NCBI GenBank assembly: GCA_040954595.2
Contig: CM082592.2
Span: forward strand, 11,379,912-11,443,911
Direction of reading: 5' to 3'
DNA length: 64,000 nt
Source: Balanoglossus misakiensis
Lineage: Eukaryota > Animalia > Hemichordata
The translations under genes and the position numbers were made by a program. Below the pieces are notes generated by a model, which was not told where the DNA came from, did not search any database, and saw only the letters and a program-made list of their open reading frames with translations. Within the stretch, counting starts at the first letter, position 1. Each line of letters starts with the position of its first letter. Positions 40,601 through 53,419 of the stretch are shown piece by piece.

Positions 40601-43600
40601 GCAGCTCAGGCTGTTGCTAAGGAAAGCATGATGAAGGCTTTGCACTTTTAAGATTACAATTGATAGACATCTTGGAGGTTTTTTTTAAACAAGATGTGTA
40701 TATAGTTATAAGTAGGCCATTTCAGTATGCACATATATCCTTAAGTTTGCATGGCGTCTCATTTAAGTTTACAGTTTAGTAATTATTTGGATAATAAGGT
40801 CAATGAGTAGCTGAATGTCAAGGCCAACAAACAGGTCCACCTTGGTACTTTCTCCTTGGAAGCTGATGTTTGCACTGTTGCAAACATTCAGTAAATGATT
40901 TATCTGCACTACAAGAGGAGAAAGCAAGTGTCAAAAACAGATGTTCTGATGTCAAATTAACCCAGTTTCATCAGTCAATTGGCAAGTGAATTATGGATTA
41001 TGTTGGTAATTGATCTGTGACATGACAATTAAAGCAAACTGTACATAAACCGCCACTGTGATCTCAATGAAACAATTAAACAGAACATTGCATAATCATC
41101 CCAGAGTCACTGTCACTTAGCGCCAAAGGTGTGTTTGATTTTAGCTACATTGTAGTTACAAGTTGTTTGTCTGGCTTTAATGATGCAGAAACTATTGTAT
41201 TGGCGGCCATTAGCTCATTCAGCAGAGTTGGTAGGTTATATGTTGTAAGTTCAAATGGCTGAAATGTGAGTGAGGTAACTGCACCTTTGCTGCAAAATTT
41301 CACTGTTCGCTAGGAATTTGCTTGGAATCAGCCATGAGTTTACAATGTCAAAACTCAGATCTGCGGCTCACTTTCTGCAATGTTGACAGCGCTTTGTGTT
41401 ATAAGTGGTCTCTTAAACCACTACAACAAACCAAGAATGAATGCAGTATTGATCTAAATGATTTGATGGCATGTTTGCTCTCGCAGCTTTGACCAGTGAC
41501 CAGGTACGAAATATTTTATCATACGTGGCATAGGTGTAACATGGTACTGCATGCTTTTTATTTCTTTACAACCTTGATAAATCTTGAGAAATAAAGACTG
41601 CAAGTGGACAGCTAACAGTAAAAGCCATTCATAGTGGCCATTGAAATTCTCTTAATCTAGGGCATCAGATGGCCACAGAGATTTAAGTGCATGACCTTTG
41701 ACATCTCATGGGCGTCTAGCATAAGTTTTATGGATGGTTTGGTCCTCTAACATGCCATGGTTGAGCATGGTTGATTTATCTGTTTATAGCACAAGAAAGC
41801 TAACTTTTCAAACTGCTGGCTCTGAGGCTTGACCATAAGGAGAACCATGTAGTCAGAGCACAACTCAATTACATCATACATTTTCCATGAAAATGCATAT
41901 TTTCCTGAGACCAAATCTGTGTCAATGATTTCTCTGTATTTTTAAATGTGTTTGCCTGGCAACAGGTTTTTATAATATACACGTACATGCACACGGATTA
42001 GTCCAGCTGCAGACGATGTATTTCCCCGACCTACAAAACATGTGAGCTTGGTGAAGATTTGCAAATTCAGCTGTTTTCACGCAGTTTAACATTGAAATAA
42101 TAATCCTTCGTTTCCAGCTGAACCACATAACAGTTTGCATCTAAAACTCCAATCCCACACGTAATTCCCAGACATTTACATCACCTTAGTACAGTCTGTT
42201 CTGTCTCTTACAAAATTAAGTGGGTCGATCAGCAACTTTTTCGGTAATTTATTTGCTTTGTCTATAATTACTGATTGGAGTTGCCAGCATTCAGATCAAT
42301 ATAGTCTGCTCTCACACCCAGTACAGCCGACATTTTAATCCAAGTTGAGACTGGATTTAGTTGAAGCGGCAATAACGAAAATTGTGCATTGGTGCTTGAT
42401 GTCACGCTTATTTTGTTCTTGGCGCTGTGATTGTTCATGAAACACTGAATTCACACAGAATAACACATTAAAAGTCTGCATCACTATTTTGCACACAAAG
42501 ATGGCATGAGTGACTTCTGACAGTCAAAGCTGCAAGAAGCTTACCTGTAAACAGAACTCTGCTGATCATTCCAGGGATGACAATAAGGAACATGGGAAGA
42601 ATTTTGAGATATCCGGCAAAAACACAGCCTCCCTTGGCGTGAGACAAACTCTTGGCTGCCAGAGCACGTTGTACGATGACCTACCAAGAAAAGTTGAAAG
42701 AATTATAAAATATATCTTTTTTTTATATTTCCAGAGTACAGCTGTATTTATTTTGATGAAAATATATTATTTCAGCAAGAAATTACCCCTTGGAACAAAT
42801 TTGCATTCTACACCACATCTAATACTGAAGATATTCAGTGACCAGTGAATGAATGAATGAATGAATGAATGAATGAATGAATGAATTAATGAATGAATGA
42901 ATGAATGAATGAATGAATGAATGAATGAATGAATGAATGAAAAAACGTCAAAATACAGATTATCGGGATAATTTATTGCCTGATGTTCATGACAATATAC
43001 AAATTTAGATTAACATTTTTGTTTGATTGCAGTGAGAACAAAAGATTGTCAAAAATATGGTACAGCTTTCCACCAGTTGTTGCACGCACGGGCATTGAAC
43101 TGCAAACTAATCGCTGCGACCAACAGCTATAATAAACTGAAATGCTAAGGATCAAAATGTCTGATGGTGTTTTCCATGTGGACACATATTTTCCCTGAAG
43201 TATCTTAGCAATGCACTAAACTTCTCAGATACTTTGCAAAATGAAATCTAAGCCAGATTGATTGTCTGTGTTCAACTGTACGAACCTAACACACTGGAAT
43301 ATCATTATAGCTTTAGTAGAGCTGGACCAGCTGCTGTCAAAAGTCTCAGATTCTGCATAATTAATTGAGGTGATATTCAAGTGTCACGTTGACAAAATAT
43401 CATGAGATTAACATAATGGTTGATTGAAATCCAGTCTGCAGAATTGAACATTAGCCTAGCACCAGAAGATTTGCATAAGATATATCCCGGAAACAACAAA
43501 AAGGAGGTTGCATTGTTTAATTTATTACCAGATAAATCTCGAATTGCTCCAAGTAAACTCTAATGACTATTCTTGATGCAATCCCTACATACCTGATCTG

Positions 43601-46600
43601 TGCACCAATACCAGATGGAGGAAATGCTAATTCCGAAGATCATTCCTGGCCAGGGCAAGTCAGACTTAATTGGATCACGGAAGATGTGGAAAGCATCATC
43701 CGGAGGAACACCACCGCAGGAAATGTTGGCGTATTGCGTGGTGTTGGGAATTGCCTCAAAGTACATCGTCTGGAGTTTATTGTATGGTACTCGGATAAAT
43801 GCTGGAAAAGATATCCAAATTCATTAGCCAAAGGAGTTGTCAAAATCCGAATTAAAGGGAACGGTCTTTGTTTACATTGTTTTCAGGTAGGTTTTCCAGG
43901 AAAACTTTGGAGTAAATCATAGTAGAATACTATAATAAAGCAAAAGATTTTTTCCATACCCACTGACACCCCCAACTTCTATGGTTGAGCCCACAAAAGA
44001 AGTACAAGGAAGACATATCACTCACCAAGAATCATCAAAACAAAAGCACCAGCAACCATGATGAAAGTCTGGGCGGCATCAGTATAGATTACAGCAGACA
44101 AACCACCTAAAATGCAAGGTTTATAACAAAACCTAATTATGACAGCAATGGAAGCATTTAGCTGCAGTATCCACATTTGAAAATAAACAAGCCTTGAAAA
44201 TTTTCTTCACAGCATTTGGACCTGATGATCTCTCGAGAATTTATGTTTAATGTTTCTGTATGTGAACAAGCTGATGTCTCTGCATCCATAAGTGTAAATA
44301 ACAAACAATTGTTGTTGTGTTAAATACAAAAGTGGCTACATGGGTATTCACTTCATGCTATGGGGTGAAATCATGGGATGTTGAATTGCATTGTGGGTAA
44401 AAGGTTGACCAAAAAAGCTGATTGGTGTCTATACAGAGACACGAATGACCACCTATTAAACCTAACCTACCTAGTACTGTGTACAAAGCCGTGATTGCAA
44501 GGAGGATGACAATTGCCAGATACAAATTCCATCCCAAAGCTTGTTGGATGAACAGGGCACCAGCAAACATGTTCACCTGTGACAGGACAATTGAATGACA
44601 TGATTGGTCAGAGAATTGTTTAGCAAACAACTGGCTATTAATTTGACTATTTTCTTGATGGCTGTTTCCACCCCCACCCTGCCCAAAGAAACACTCCCTC
44701 CTGACCCATAATTCTAGTACCCCAAATGGTTACAAAAATATGTTTGGTATCTAGGCGACATAAAAATTAATACTCTAGACTTGTATTGTGCTTACAATAT
44801 CTACAATACGTCTTATGAAAATCAATAGATATTTGGCATGGTGCCAACTGGTCACGTCAGTAACAAATCCATGTACACTTTTTATGCAATATATCATAAT
44901 TTATGTATTAATCCTCAGTTGATTAAATATGCGGGAACAGCTGAAATATTGCAATGTGAATAATTTCCAGTGTTATGTATATTTGAAAGATGGTTGTAAT
45001 TTCTGTTTTGTAACGAATTCACAAAAGCTGTTCAACTACTGTTGGTTTATTCTTTTCCTTGTGGCTTTTATTTCAAAGTCAATATTTACATCTGATATGC
45101 ATTTAATTGCTGTCGGCAATGTACCTGCAATCGTGTAGGAATGTGAAGGGCTTTCTAGTCATTAATTAAGTCATAACTCTGTCACTTGCATTCTGACTGA
45201 AGTGCTTGTAGTTTACAGCAAATTTCTTTAAGCCAGTAAACTTTGAGCTTAGAGTACGTGCTACCAATAGACAGCTTCCCATAAATATTCTACGTGTTCT
45301 TCGTATAATTAAAGAAACTCTCCCCAAGTCATAACTTATGTCATAAAAGAGCATGTATAAAATTCTGCTAGGTTAAAGTACAACTGCACTCACCAAAAAT
45401 TAAATGACTGAAGGATAATGCATGTTTTCAAACATCATAACAAACTTTTTGTCACCATCTTGATTTCACATTGACTACCAAACATGACACAGAAATGGAA
45501 GGTGCGAGTGTGACATGATAATAAATAAAATTGATCTCAACTTACCGATATCTTGGTGAATATAGACAGGATCAGAGCGATTATCGCAAGATAAACACGA
45601 ACTCTCTGTCCTCCAAATCTGCGTCTGAGATACTCGGGCATGGTAAACACCTGTCAGAAAACATCCATGTTACATTAATCTCGAGTCAAACCATAACAAC
45701 ATAGCTAGTGAAATCTGAATCTGTTTTGACTTTCGTGATAAGGTTCCTTCCCATGAGAATCAAGCGCTGACCCCTGCAATGATTTAATGTACCATGTTCA
45801 CGTTTTCTGGTATACTGAAATATTGAATTTCATCAAGTGTGGAAACCCATGGTTTCAGCACTGTTTAGTTCTCATCACTGTTAAGTTCTCGAGTGCTTTT
45901 TTTCCCCTCCCATCAACAGGTTTCATCTCGCTGAAATTAAGTAACTATTCCAATATGGAATGCAAGACAAGAGTTGGCAAAGTTCGGCAAAATGTAAACT
46001 GTAATATGTGTTGATGGGAGTCTTGCCAAGCAAAGTGAATTTGGTCCATACTTGTCCCACTGAGGTCAGTTGTTTTGATCGGAGTGACATTAATTATTGT
46101 GGTCATGGGGTCACACATAGATCAATATTGTTTACACATTCCTGACAGTCATTTTTGACTTGGTTTAATACATTCAATGCAAGATGAAAACAATTTTAAA
46201 ACTTACTCCAGCAGCCATATAAACTGGCAAGAAAACCCATCCAAGGAGCAGCAAGATAAACATGGCCTGAAAAAAAAAAAGGGCACATTTTCATTGCATT
46301 CAACTTTAGAAGTTGTAGATGAAATAGGAAAAAAATAATCATTTCAATTTAATGTAAAATCATTATTCAGATGTTGTAGACTAACAATTGTTGGAAACTG
46401 TACCCTATCATTACTAGCTTAAAAGTCAGTATAACAATATAGGTAAGACAAAGTATTTCAGGGTCAGATGGGAGTGTACATGTATTTCAAATCACTTATC
46501 AAGAGGGGTGTATACATCCTTTGATCAAAGTTCAGTTGCTTGAATTGCCATGTCATGAATACAATGGTGGCAGGAATATGAGAACCACAGAGTTGGAGGA

Positions 46601-49191
46601 GAATGCACTTTTATAGACTTACATTGAATTCAAAAGATCCAACAGCCAATCCAGATGCTGCACCAGTGCCAGCTAAACCAATGAAATGCTCACTACCGAT
46701 GTTACTAGCGAACAACGAGGCACCCACTGGCCACCAGACCATGGACTTTCCGGCCAAAAAGTATCCTTCCATGGTCCCTCGCATGGCACGCCATGTTGCC
46801 TGTAAAGATCGAGAATCACAACTTGTAAGTACATGTGTATCACAGAGCCACTATTAGTACTGGTATACAAAATGCTTTACTGAGACAGTACTACTATCAT
46901 CATCATCACAAGTTGCCATAGCAACTCAGCAAAGCAACATGTCACCACTTGTAAAAATCATCAGCATCATCATCATTGTCATGTATATTGTATTTGTGTT
47001 CATGGTTGCCTTTTTTGTCATAGGGATTTTTCCCACACCTGCAGAAAAGAGTCCCTGTTTGAAAATGTGCATTTTCAGTCATGAATAAAGAGATTATTTG
47101 CATTAAAATGGTTAGGCCAGACATCCTTGGGAGCCTCCACACATATGTAACACATAGGCTTTGGAAACCCAAAAGTTAGAACAATCTCCCCGCATATTCA
47201 AAACTGCCAGACAGACCAGCCATGTGTTTTATTCCAAGGTCAATTACTATTTGCATAGAGCAGTATATAGGGGTTATTAAACTAGGATGTGAAAATTTAC
47301 ATGTTTTATCTTAAAAGTGAAGTTTTTATTTGTCAAGCGACTTTGAATTCATACATAATTGACCTCCAAGTTGCAAGCAGATTTCAGCCTGGCGGAAATT
47401 TCATGACTTGGACTTTTTAAAATCCACGTAGGCCCAATTTATTGTAATTTATCGCCCAATTTAATTTATCGCGGAAAGATTCCCACCAGCATTTTTTTTC
47501 CGCGTTGGTGAGCCATGACGAGTTCACCAGAACAAAAAGGTCGACGACCCCATACACTTTTTTTACTGCAGTGATATTCCAGGCAACGTGGACTGTCACA
47601 GGCCGGCTATGCCCAAACGTTACGTAACGTAATGAAAGTCGGCGTTTCGTAAATAGCAGGTCACAGTATTAACATATTACTGACGAAAAACGCATATAAC
47701 GGTGGGCTCGACAAACCCTGTGATATTATAATTTAACCCCTATTCATTTGCATACCTCTGTCGCAAATGAACTGCACCTAGCTTTACTCATGTTACTCTT
47801 TCTCATCTCAATTTTAATACACTTTCCATGTAGTTTCTTATCATTTTTTACAATTAGCCATTATCGGGTGATGTGGCCAAATTTCGATCGCACGATATCA
47901 AAAGCCGTTGTTTTTGTTAATCCTTTGGAAAGACGTACATGCTGAACACATACTGGTAAAAGGTTTTCTTTCTGATTTAAACATAGATTTAATTTAAAGC
48001 GGTATGCCGTTGGAGAGATTATATAACCTACGTATTATAAATTATGCATGCATGGCTCAACGTACGTTTAGTAGGCCAAGTTAAATCTGGTAATTTTGGC
48101 CACGGTTACCAGAAAAGTCACCGTGTTTGGCATTCTGTTTGGGAAAATGTTGAAGATTGGCCTAAATTTTACGCGGGGTTTGGATGCGTCGTCGAATATA
48201 GAACATTGAACGACACGGAACTACGTTGCTATAGCGATGTAGAGCATGGCGGGCCGAGGAGGGGGCCTGACCGTACTTTTCTCTGATTGGCTAAAACAGA
48301 CCAGGCCTCTGCAACACCCCGTCACTGCCAACAACGTTCCCCTCGCTTTTGCGCGTGGGCGCGGTTTTAATACAAAACCACAACTCGTTGCGTATCGATC
48401 GAAAATTTCTCTTTATTTGTGTATACCTATATTTCGTGGTTTCTGGAAAATCGCTGGTGGGTTAGCAAACAATGATTCTAAAGAGGAAAATGCCACGCCG
48501 CAAGAAATACACGCACGCGTAAATGATTCACTCATTGAAGACGACGTTTGTTGAACGGTGCAAGTCTATCCTTTTATCATATGATCCATAACATCACTTG
48601 CTAAAATAAACTCACGTGGAAATTGCAAACAGCCTAAACGTAACCTTGATAGAAGATGAAGGTCGAACTCGCACAAAAGTACACAATCACATGTGTAACA
48701 CTGTGACCGTAAATTTTGAGATGTTTGCCTCCCAGCCAAAAAAAAACTTTCCTGACACTTCACGTGTTTACCTACCACTGGTACTCATCAAATGCGGTTT
48801 CAATTGTGAATGGCAGTTTTTTCATCCCCCTGGGTGACCGATTAGACCTAAAGTACACTTATCCACCTGTCGTGTCGTTCGACGCACCCGGCGCTCGGCG
48901 GGCGGGCGGCCCGATGCTCACACATTTTGTTTCTGTAGTCAATTTCGTACTAGTTTATAACTACCCCACAGCCAATGTACTGTGAAACGGTACATTGCTA
49001 AAATAATGCGCCACATAAGACAGGATATACTACTAAAGCTAAACTATCGATGTGTACTCAAAGCGTCACATTGTAACTTATGAGCTGGAGTGAATCTTTA
49101 GACTTACCCACAGACCGACTGCCAGTACAAAGACAAAATACACGACGATGACAACAGTATCCCACGTCCCGATAGCGGCTTCTTCTGCCAT
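37663..49191 (-). CDS. SLC5 family sodium/glucose (SGLT/SMIT-like) cotransporter, 15 coding exons, ~648 aa
   Basis: Exons 49191-49108, 46799-46623, 46266-46207, 45650-45546, 44576-44471, 44106-44026, 43801-43593, 42680-42545, 40345-40238, 40112-39962, 39796-39628, 38846-38631, 38508-38397, 38048-38016, 37862-37663 (1947 nt, phases consistent). SSF motifs: [104 protein letters not shown]. Confidence 0.96.
42846..42940. repeat. (TGAA)n microsatellite in an SLC5 intron
   Basis: About 23 TGAA units with one TTAA interruption. A shorter imperfect run lies at 37876-37903. Confidence 0.95.
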
Positions 49192-51035
49192 CTTGGTGAG
49201 TTTTCCTCAGTCTTGCCCGGTTGTATCAAGTTTGCAGACGAGACCCTCAGAGAGTGTAGGCTTGCTGTGCACTCACAGACTGTATTATGGTCCAATCTGG
49301 TGAAAGAGCAGCGGTCAGTTTAATGTTTGATAATAAATACCAACGTAAAAGCATGGGCCACGCCCACTCTGACTGTTGTCCACTTTCACTGGGCTAGAGG
49401 AGAGGTCAGATACGTTGACTGACGTGAGGATAGCTCCCGAATGTTTAGAAGAAAATTTACCAGTATAACAGAGTATATGAACTAATTTTATAAATATTGC
49501 GGGCAAAATATTTACCCGTTTATCTACATTCGATAGGTGTAAATTATCAGCGAATTAGCATGATTAGTGAGCATGGAAATACTAACGCAGTAACACTAAT
49601 GAATAATGTATATCTTACGTTACAAAAAGAGGCACGCCAAAACCCTGGCAAGTCGTATTGACTTTTTACGACCGAGATCGGGGTTTATATAATGGTGCAG
49701 TGGGCATGCGCACAGCGAAGTCTAGAAGCGTAAGTTTGGCGAATCGTCTGAAAATTTCTCAATAAACTATTAAAAATGACAACTTTCGATAATCTTGGTC
49801 AGTGTCACTTTTTCTCCGTCGTTTTGTTCATATTTCACAATGTAATTATGAGACATGCGCCCGACTGCTCATCCATCTACCTGCTGTTGGGCAAACATGC
49901 ACCGGTTGCCCCTAAACAAGCGAAAGTTGTGACAGTAAGTAGTCACAGATTCAATATTGACAAAGTAGCCTTGAAGTGTTATATGCCCTGGACCTCAGTT
50001 TAAAACTACGGACCAAAGACGGACCAAAGTAGGCGAAGGTGACAACTGGTGGATGGGGCATACAAATCGCAGGGTACCCTGGTCAACTTTGTAATTGTGC
50101 TGGTTGATTTTCACACAAGCCGGCGAGTTTGTGGTCAAACTCCTTTTTCTATCCATCCAAAGGTGGCGCTATCAAACAGGTGGTTGTATCGTCTTCGCTA
50201 TTCCAAAGCACAATCAAAATAATATAACCCTGAGACGTGCGTTGAACTTTTCTTAAAATATAAAATGGAGAATTTCAAGTATAGGCGATACTTTGGTGCG
50301 CTATTGGCCATATCTGATAAAATCTCGCCTGTTCGCGTTCTGTAAATCCATATTTAGACAAATTCACAGACGTAACAGTTGTTTTCGAAGAATACCTGCG
50401 ATTTTTGCTCTTCTAGTTTTGCAATACAAGGCTAAACGAAAACACACCAAACAAGATAGTCACGACGCGTTCAGATTCTGGTGAGTTCAGGGCACGGTCA
50501 CTCCACCGACACGACCGCGATAGGGTACCATACCAGGTTGATGACCTGTGTTCACAATAAAATCATTGTCCGACCAACATGTCTACATACACCGAGTCTA
50601 GCTGTAAGGCCTGGCATGGGGGCGATCAGTCATTGTTACAACCTCTATTATATTCTGGTTCCCTGACCCTCGGCCGCTGCACTCGCGAAAAGGGTCATGC
50701 AAACACAATTCTATCGAAGTATTGGTGAAAATCCAACAGCCTACAAGAGCTAACATCAGAACTGTTTGCAAAATTATTTTTAATCACGCTGGTTACAAAA
50801 CAATAGGTGCATACCTGTACAAAACGTGATCTAAAAGAAATGAATGAAATCATATATACACCTCGGTGCTTGGGTACTTTTGGCCAAATACTTAGTCTAC
50901 TCGGTTGGTGGCGCTCTTCAAGATTTTCCAAAGTGCGGCTGCACATAAGATTATGTAGTTTCTTCACTGAGAAAGATACAAAAATCCTCATTGTCCAGGC
51001 TTATTAAAAATCAGAGGAGATATGAAATGTTTGCA

Positions 51036-52432
51036 TCAGTCTTCATTTTTGATATTGCAAGTAACTGACATACATTCCCTGATGTGTTCCAATCTTTTCT
51101 GGTTCAACTGGTTGTCGTAAAATGGAAAGAAAAAGAAAATCTGAAAGAAACACAAGACAACATAATTTGAGGGGTTTCAAAGTAATAGTGACAATGTCAT
51201 ACAATGTGCATGTGTCATAATAGAATCTCTGGTGATTTTTTTATGCACAATTGCACTGGACTGTTGCTGGTAATCAGAAGTGCAGGTGCTACAACGATTT
51301 TATATTCACAATGAGGTAAGAATGTACACTTACACAGTTGAACAAAAAGCAAAGAGGAAACCAGGCTGGAAGTAGTCCACTTGAGAAAGATACAGCCTGG
51401 TATAAACAAAAACATATGAATCAGAGTTACTGTGAATTTTCTTGCATGAATCAGCTTTGGTTCCTTCATTGTTCTTGACAATATAATAAGCACACAGTGT
51501 AACTGAATATAGGCATACCTCGGCTTCTGTGCCCTTTTCTTGGCCTGGCATAAACTCGATCTCCACCACATCCAACCATTCTGCTCTTGTAAAGCTGTAA
51601 ATTTGAGCACTGTACTTTTCTGTATCAACCTGTCAACGATAAAAATGGAAAGATTTTCTAGATTATATTTGCATGACATGATGGTTTATTCAATGTTTTA
51701 CTAATGGTTGTATTCAGGTAAATGTATCAAGGGGTTCCACAGTCATTTTTCTTCTAATATGGAGTCATATATTAGTTGGTAGCAAAAGCGTTTATACTGG
51801 GATACATACCGATTTGATCCTGTATGAATTGATGTTGTCTGTAACATCAGCTTTGGATACTGCCATCACTAATTCATTTATACAGACATCTGGAGTCACA
51901 TCAGGGCACTCCCATCTACGAAAGGACAAAAAAAATAAAAGTTAGATCAAATATGAACTTCTAGTTGCGAAAAACAAACTGGATTGAATGAGAGAAACTG
52001 TTGATAGACTTCTTGCCTGTTATAACAACGGATAATTCAGGGGTCTTTTTAGAACTACGTGGGAAAACACTGCGCCAAAAACAGCTGTTTAATACAAGTT
52101 ACAACCCTGTTGAAAACTGTGTCGTTTTCGTAACTGGCACCCTAAAAATGGACCAAGTTGAAAATACGAGATAACACTTCCAAGCTTGTACGAAGTCTGA
52201 TATCAAATTATGCAACTTGAACAGATGACTATCAGTGAAACAAACTAGAAATGTTGTGACAACGTATTATTAAGCTTGCAGTAAATTTATGGCTGATACG
52301 GGGACCGTGGTAGTGGCAAGACCACTAAAGGTGAGTTGGAACTAAAAGTGGGCGTGGCATTGCCACGCCCACCAAAGCATAAACCTACCTTTCTCGGTGG
52401 CTATGTAGTCTGTTTAGTCCTGGAATCCACAT
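51036..52432 (-). CDS. Uncharacterised 142-aa protein, DUF1499-like with hydrophobic insertion, 5 exons
   Basis: Exons 52432-52389, 51915-51810, 51629-51519, 51396-51334, 51140-51036 (429 nt), all GT-AG and in phase: MWIPGLNRLHSHRERWECPDVTPDVCINELVMAVSKADVTDNINSYRIKSVDTEKYSAQIYSFTRAEWLDVVEIEFMPGQEKGTEAEAVSFSSGLLPAWFPLCFLFNCIFFFFPFYDNQLNQKRLEHIRECMSVTCNIKNED. The gene structure is well supported; the family call is by eye. Confidence 0.8.
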
Positions 52433-52696
52433 CGCTGGGCGAAGAAATGCTTGGACTGGAGCTTGCAGTGCACTGAGAAAACAGACCATCTCTAAAACGG
52501 CGTCGTAGAAGTCAGGATTCAAACAACGTTCACGGAGCACTGAACTTGATCACGACGCGACATCCGAATTACTATCGACCGTAAATCAGCAACTTGAACG
52601 CCGCTTGTACTGACAGAGAATACGGAACGCCGCACGGAGAAGTTCTTGGCATAATATGTTATCTATAACACATATGTGGTATAGACAGACTTCATT

Positions 52697-53419
52697 TCAA
52701 ACATGCGTCTCAGAACAAACGCATTTTACGTAACGGTACTGTTTTTCTGTGACTGTATCGACCCCTGAACCGTCGACCTTTCTCAGTGCTGGACAGTGAA
52801 CTCTGAATAGGTTAGCTTCAGAATCAGATTGGGATGATTCCGAATGCAACAAGAGGATTTGCGAGTCAAATTCTGTGTTGTGAAGGAAAATCGGTGGAAC
52901 ATACTGGATTGGTAAAGAAGCAGTTCCTAACCCACCCACGCTTTCCCCAAGGTGTAGGAAATTAACTTGAAAAGCAAACTTCGTTCCCTTTGCTGTGTTT
53001 GATAACAACATTGTTGACACTGATGGGTCCTTGGCCATCCAATGACGACACAGCCGATGTCACAGCTTGACAGGTGTTATCAGATATATGTAAATAGATT
53101 GATGGAAGACGATGTCTGATTGGGCCAGGTGACAGGGGTCAATTGAGGTCAAGGCCTGGAGGTGGTAGGGGTCGGAATTTTGTTTTGTAAGATTAAATGT
53201 GTGCGTCAGATATTCTTGTTGTCTAACGATTTCGCCACAACGATTTATAGATTTGAGTGAGAAACGTTGGTGCCACACCTCTTCTTCGTCATGCGCAGTG
53301 TCTTTGCGTCCTACTCTCGTTTCCATAGCAACAAGACCATCACAAAACAAGACAATTGTAAAAAATGTTCCTATGTTCCTTGTTGTTTTTCTGTCGGTCG
53401 TCAATTTATCAAAACACAT
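52697..53419 (-). pseudogene. Single 240-codon frame interrupted by one TGA (possible pseudogene or readthrough gene)
   Basis: Track ORFs 53060..53419 and 52697..53038 lie in the same frame, separated only by TGA at 53062-53060. There is an N-terminal hydrophobic stretch and a C-terminal CVC. No family recognised. Confidence 0.3.

Noticed and set aside
46939-47088. Plus-strand hydrophobic mini-ORF ([26 protein letters not shown]...) resembling an inverted SLC5 TM1, or a minus-strand cryptic exon at 46946-47038
   Set aside because: The true TM1 exon is at 49191-49108. The hydrophobicity comes from (ATC)n low complexity, and the cryptic exon has a weak GTGACA donor and an in-frame stop.
47994-48560. 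Possible TTAA-type transposon starting TTAAAGCGGTATGCC in SLC5 intron 1
   Set aside because: No matching inverted terminus or target duplication was found by eye.
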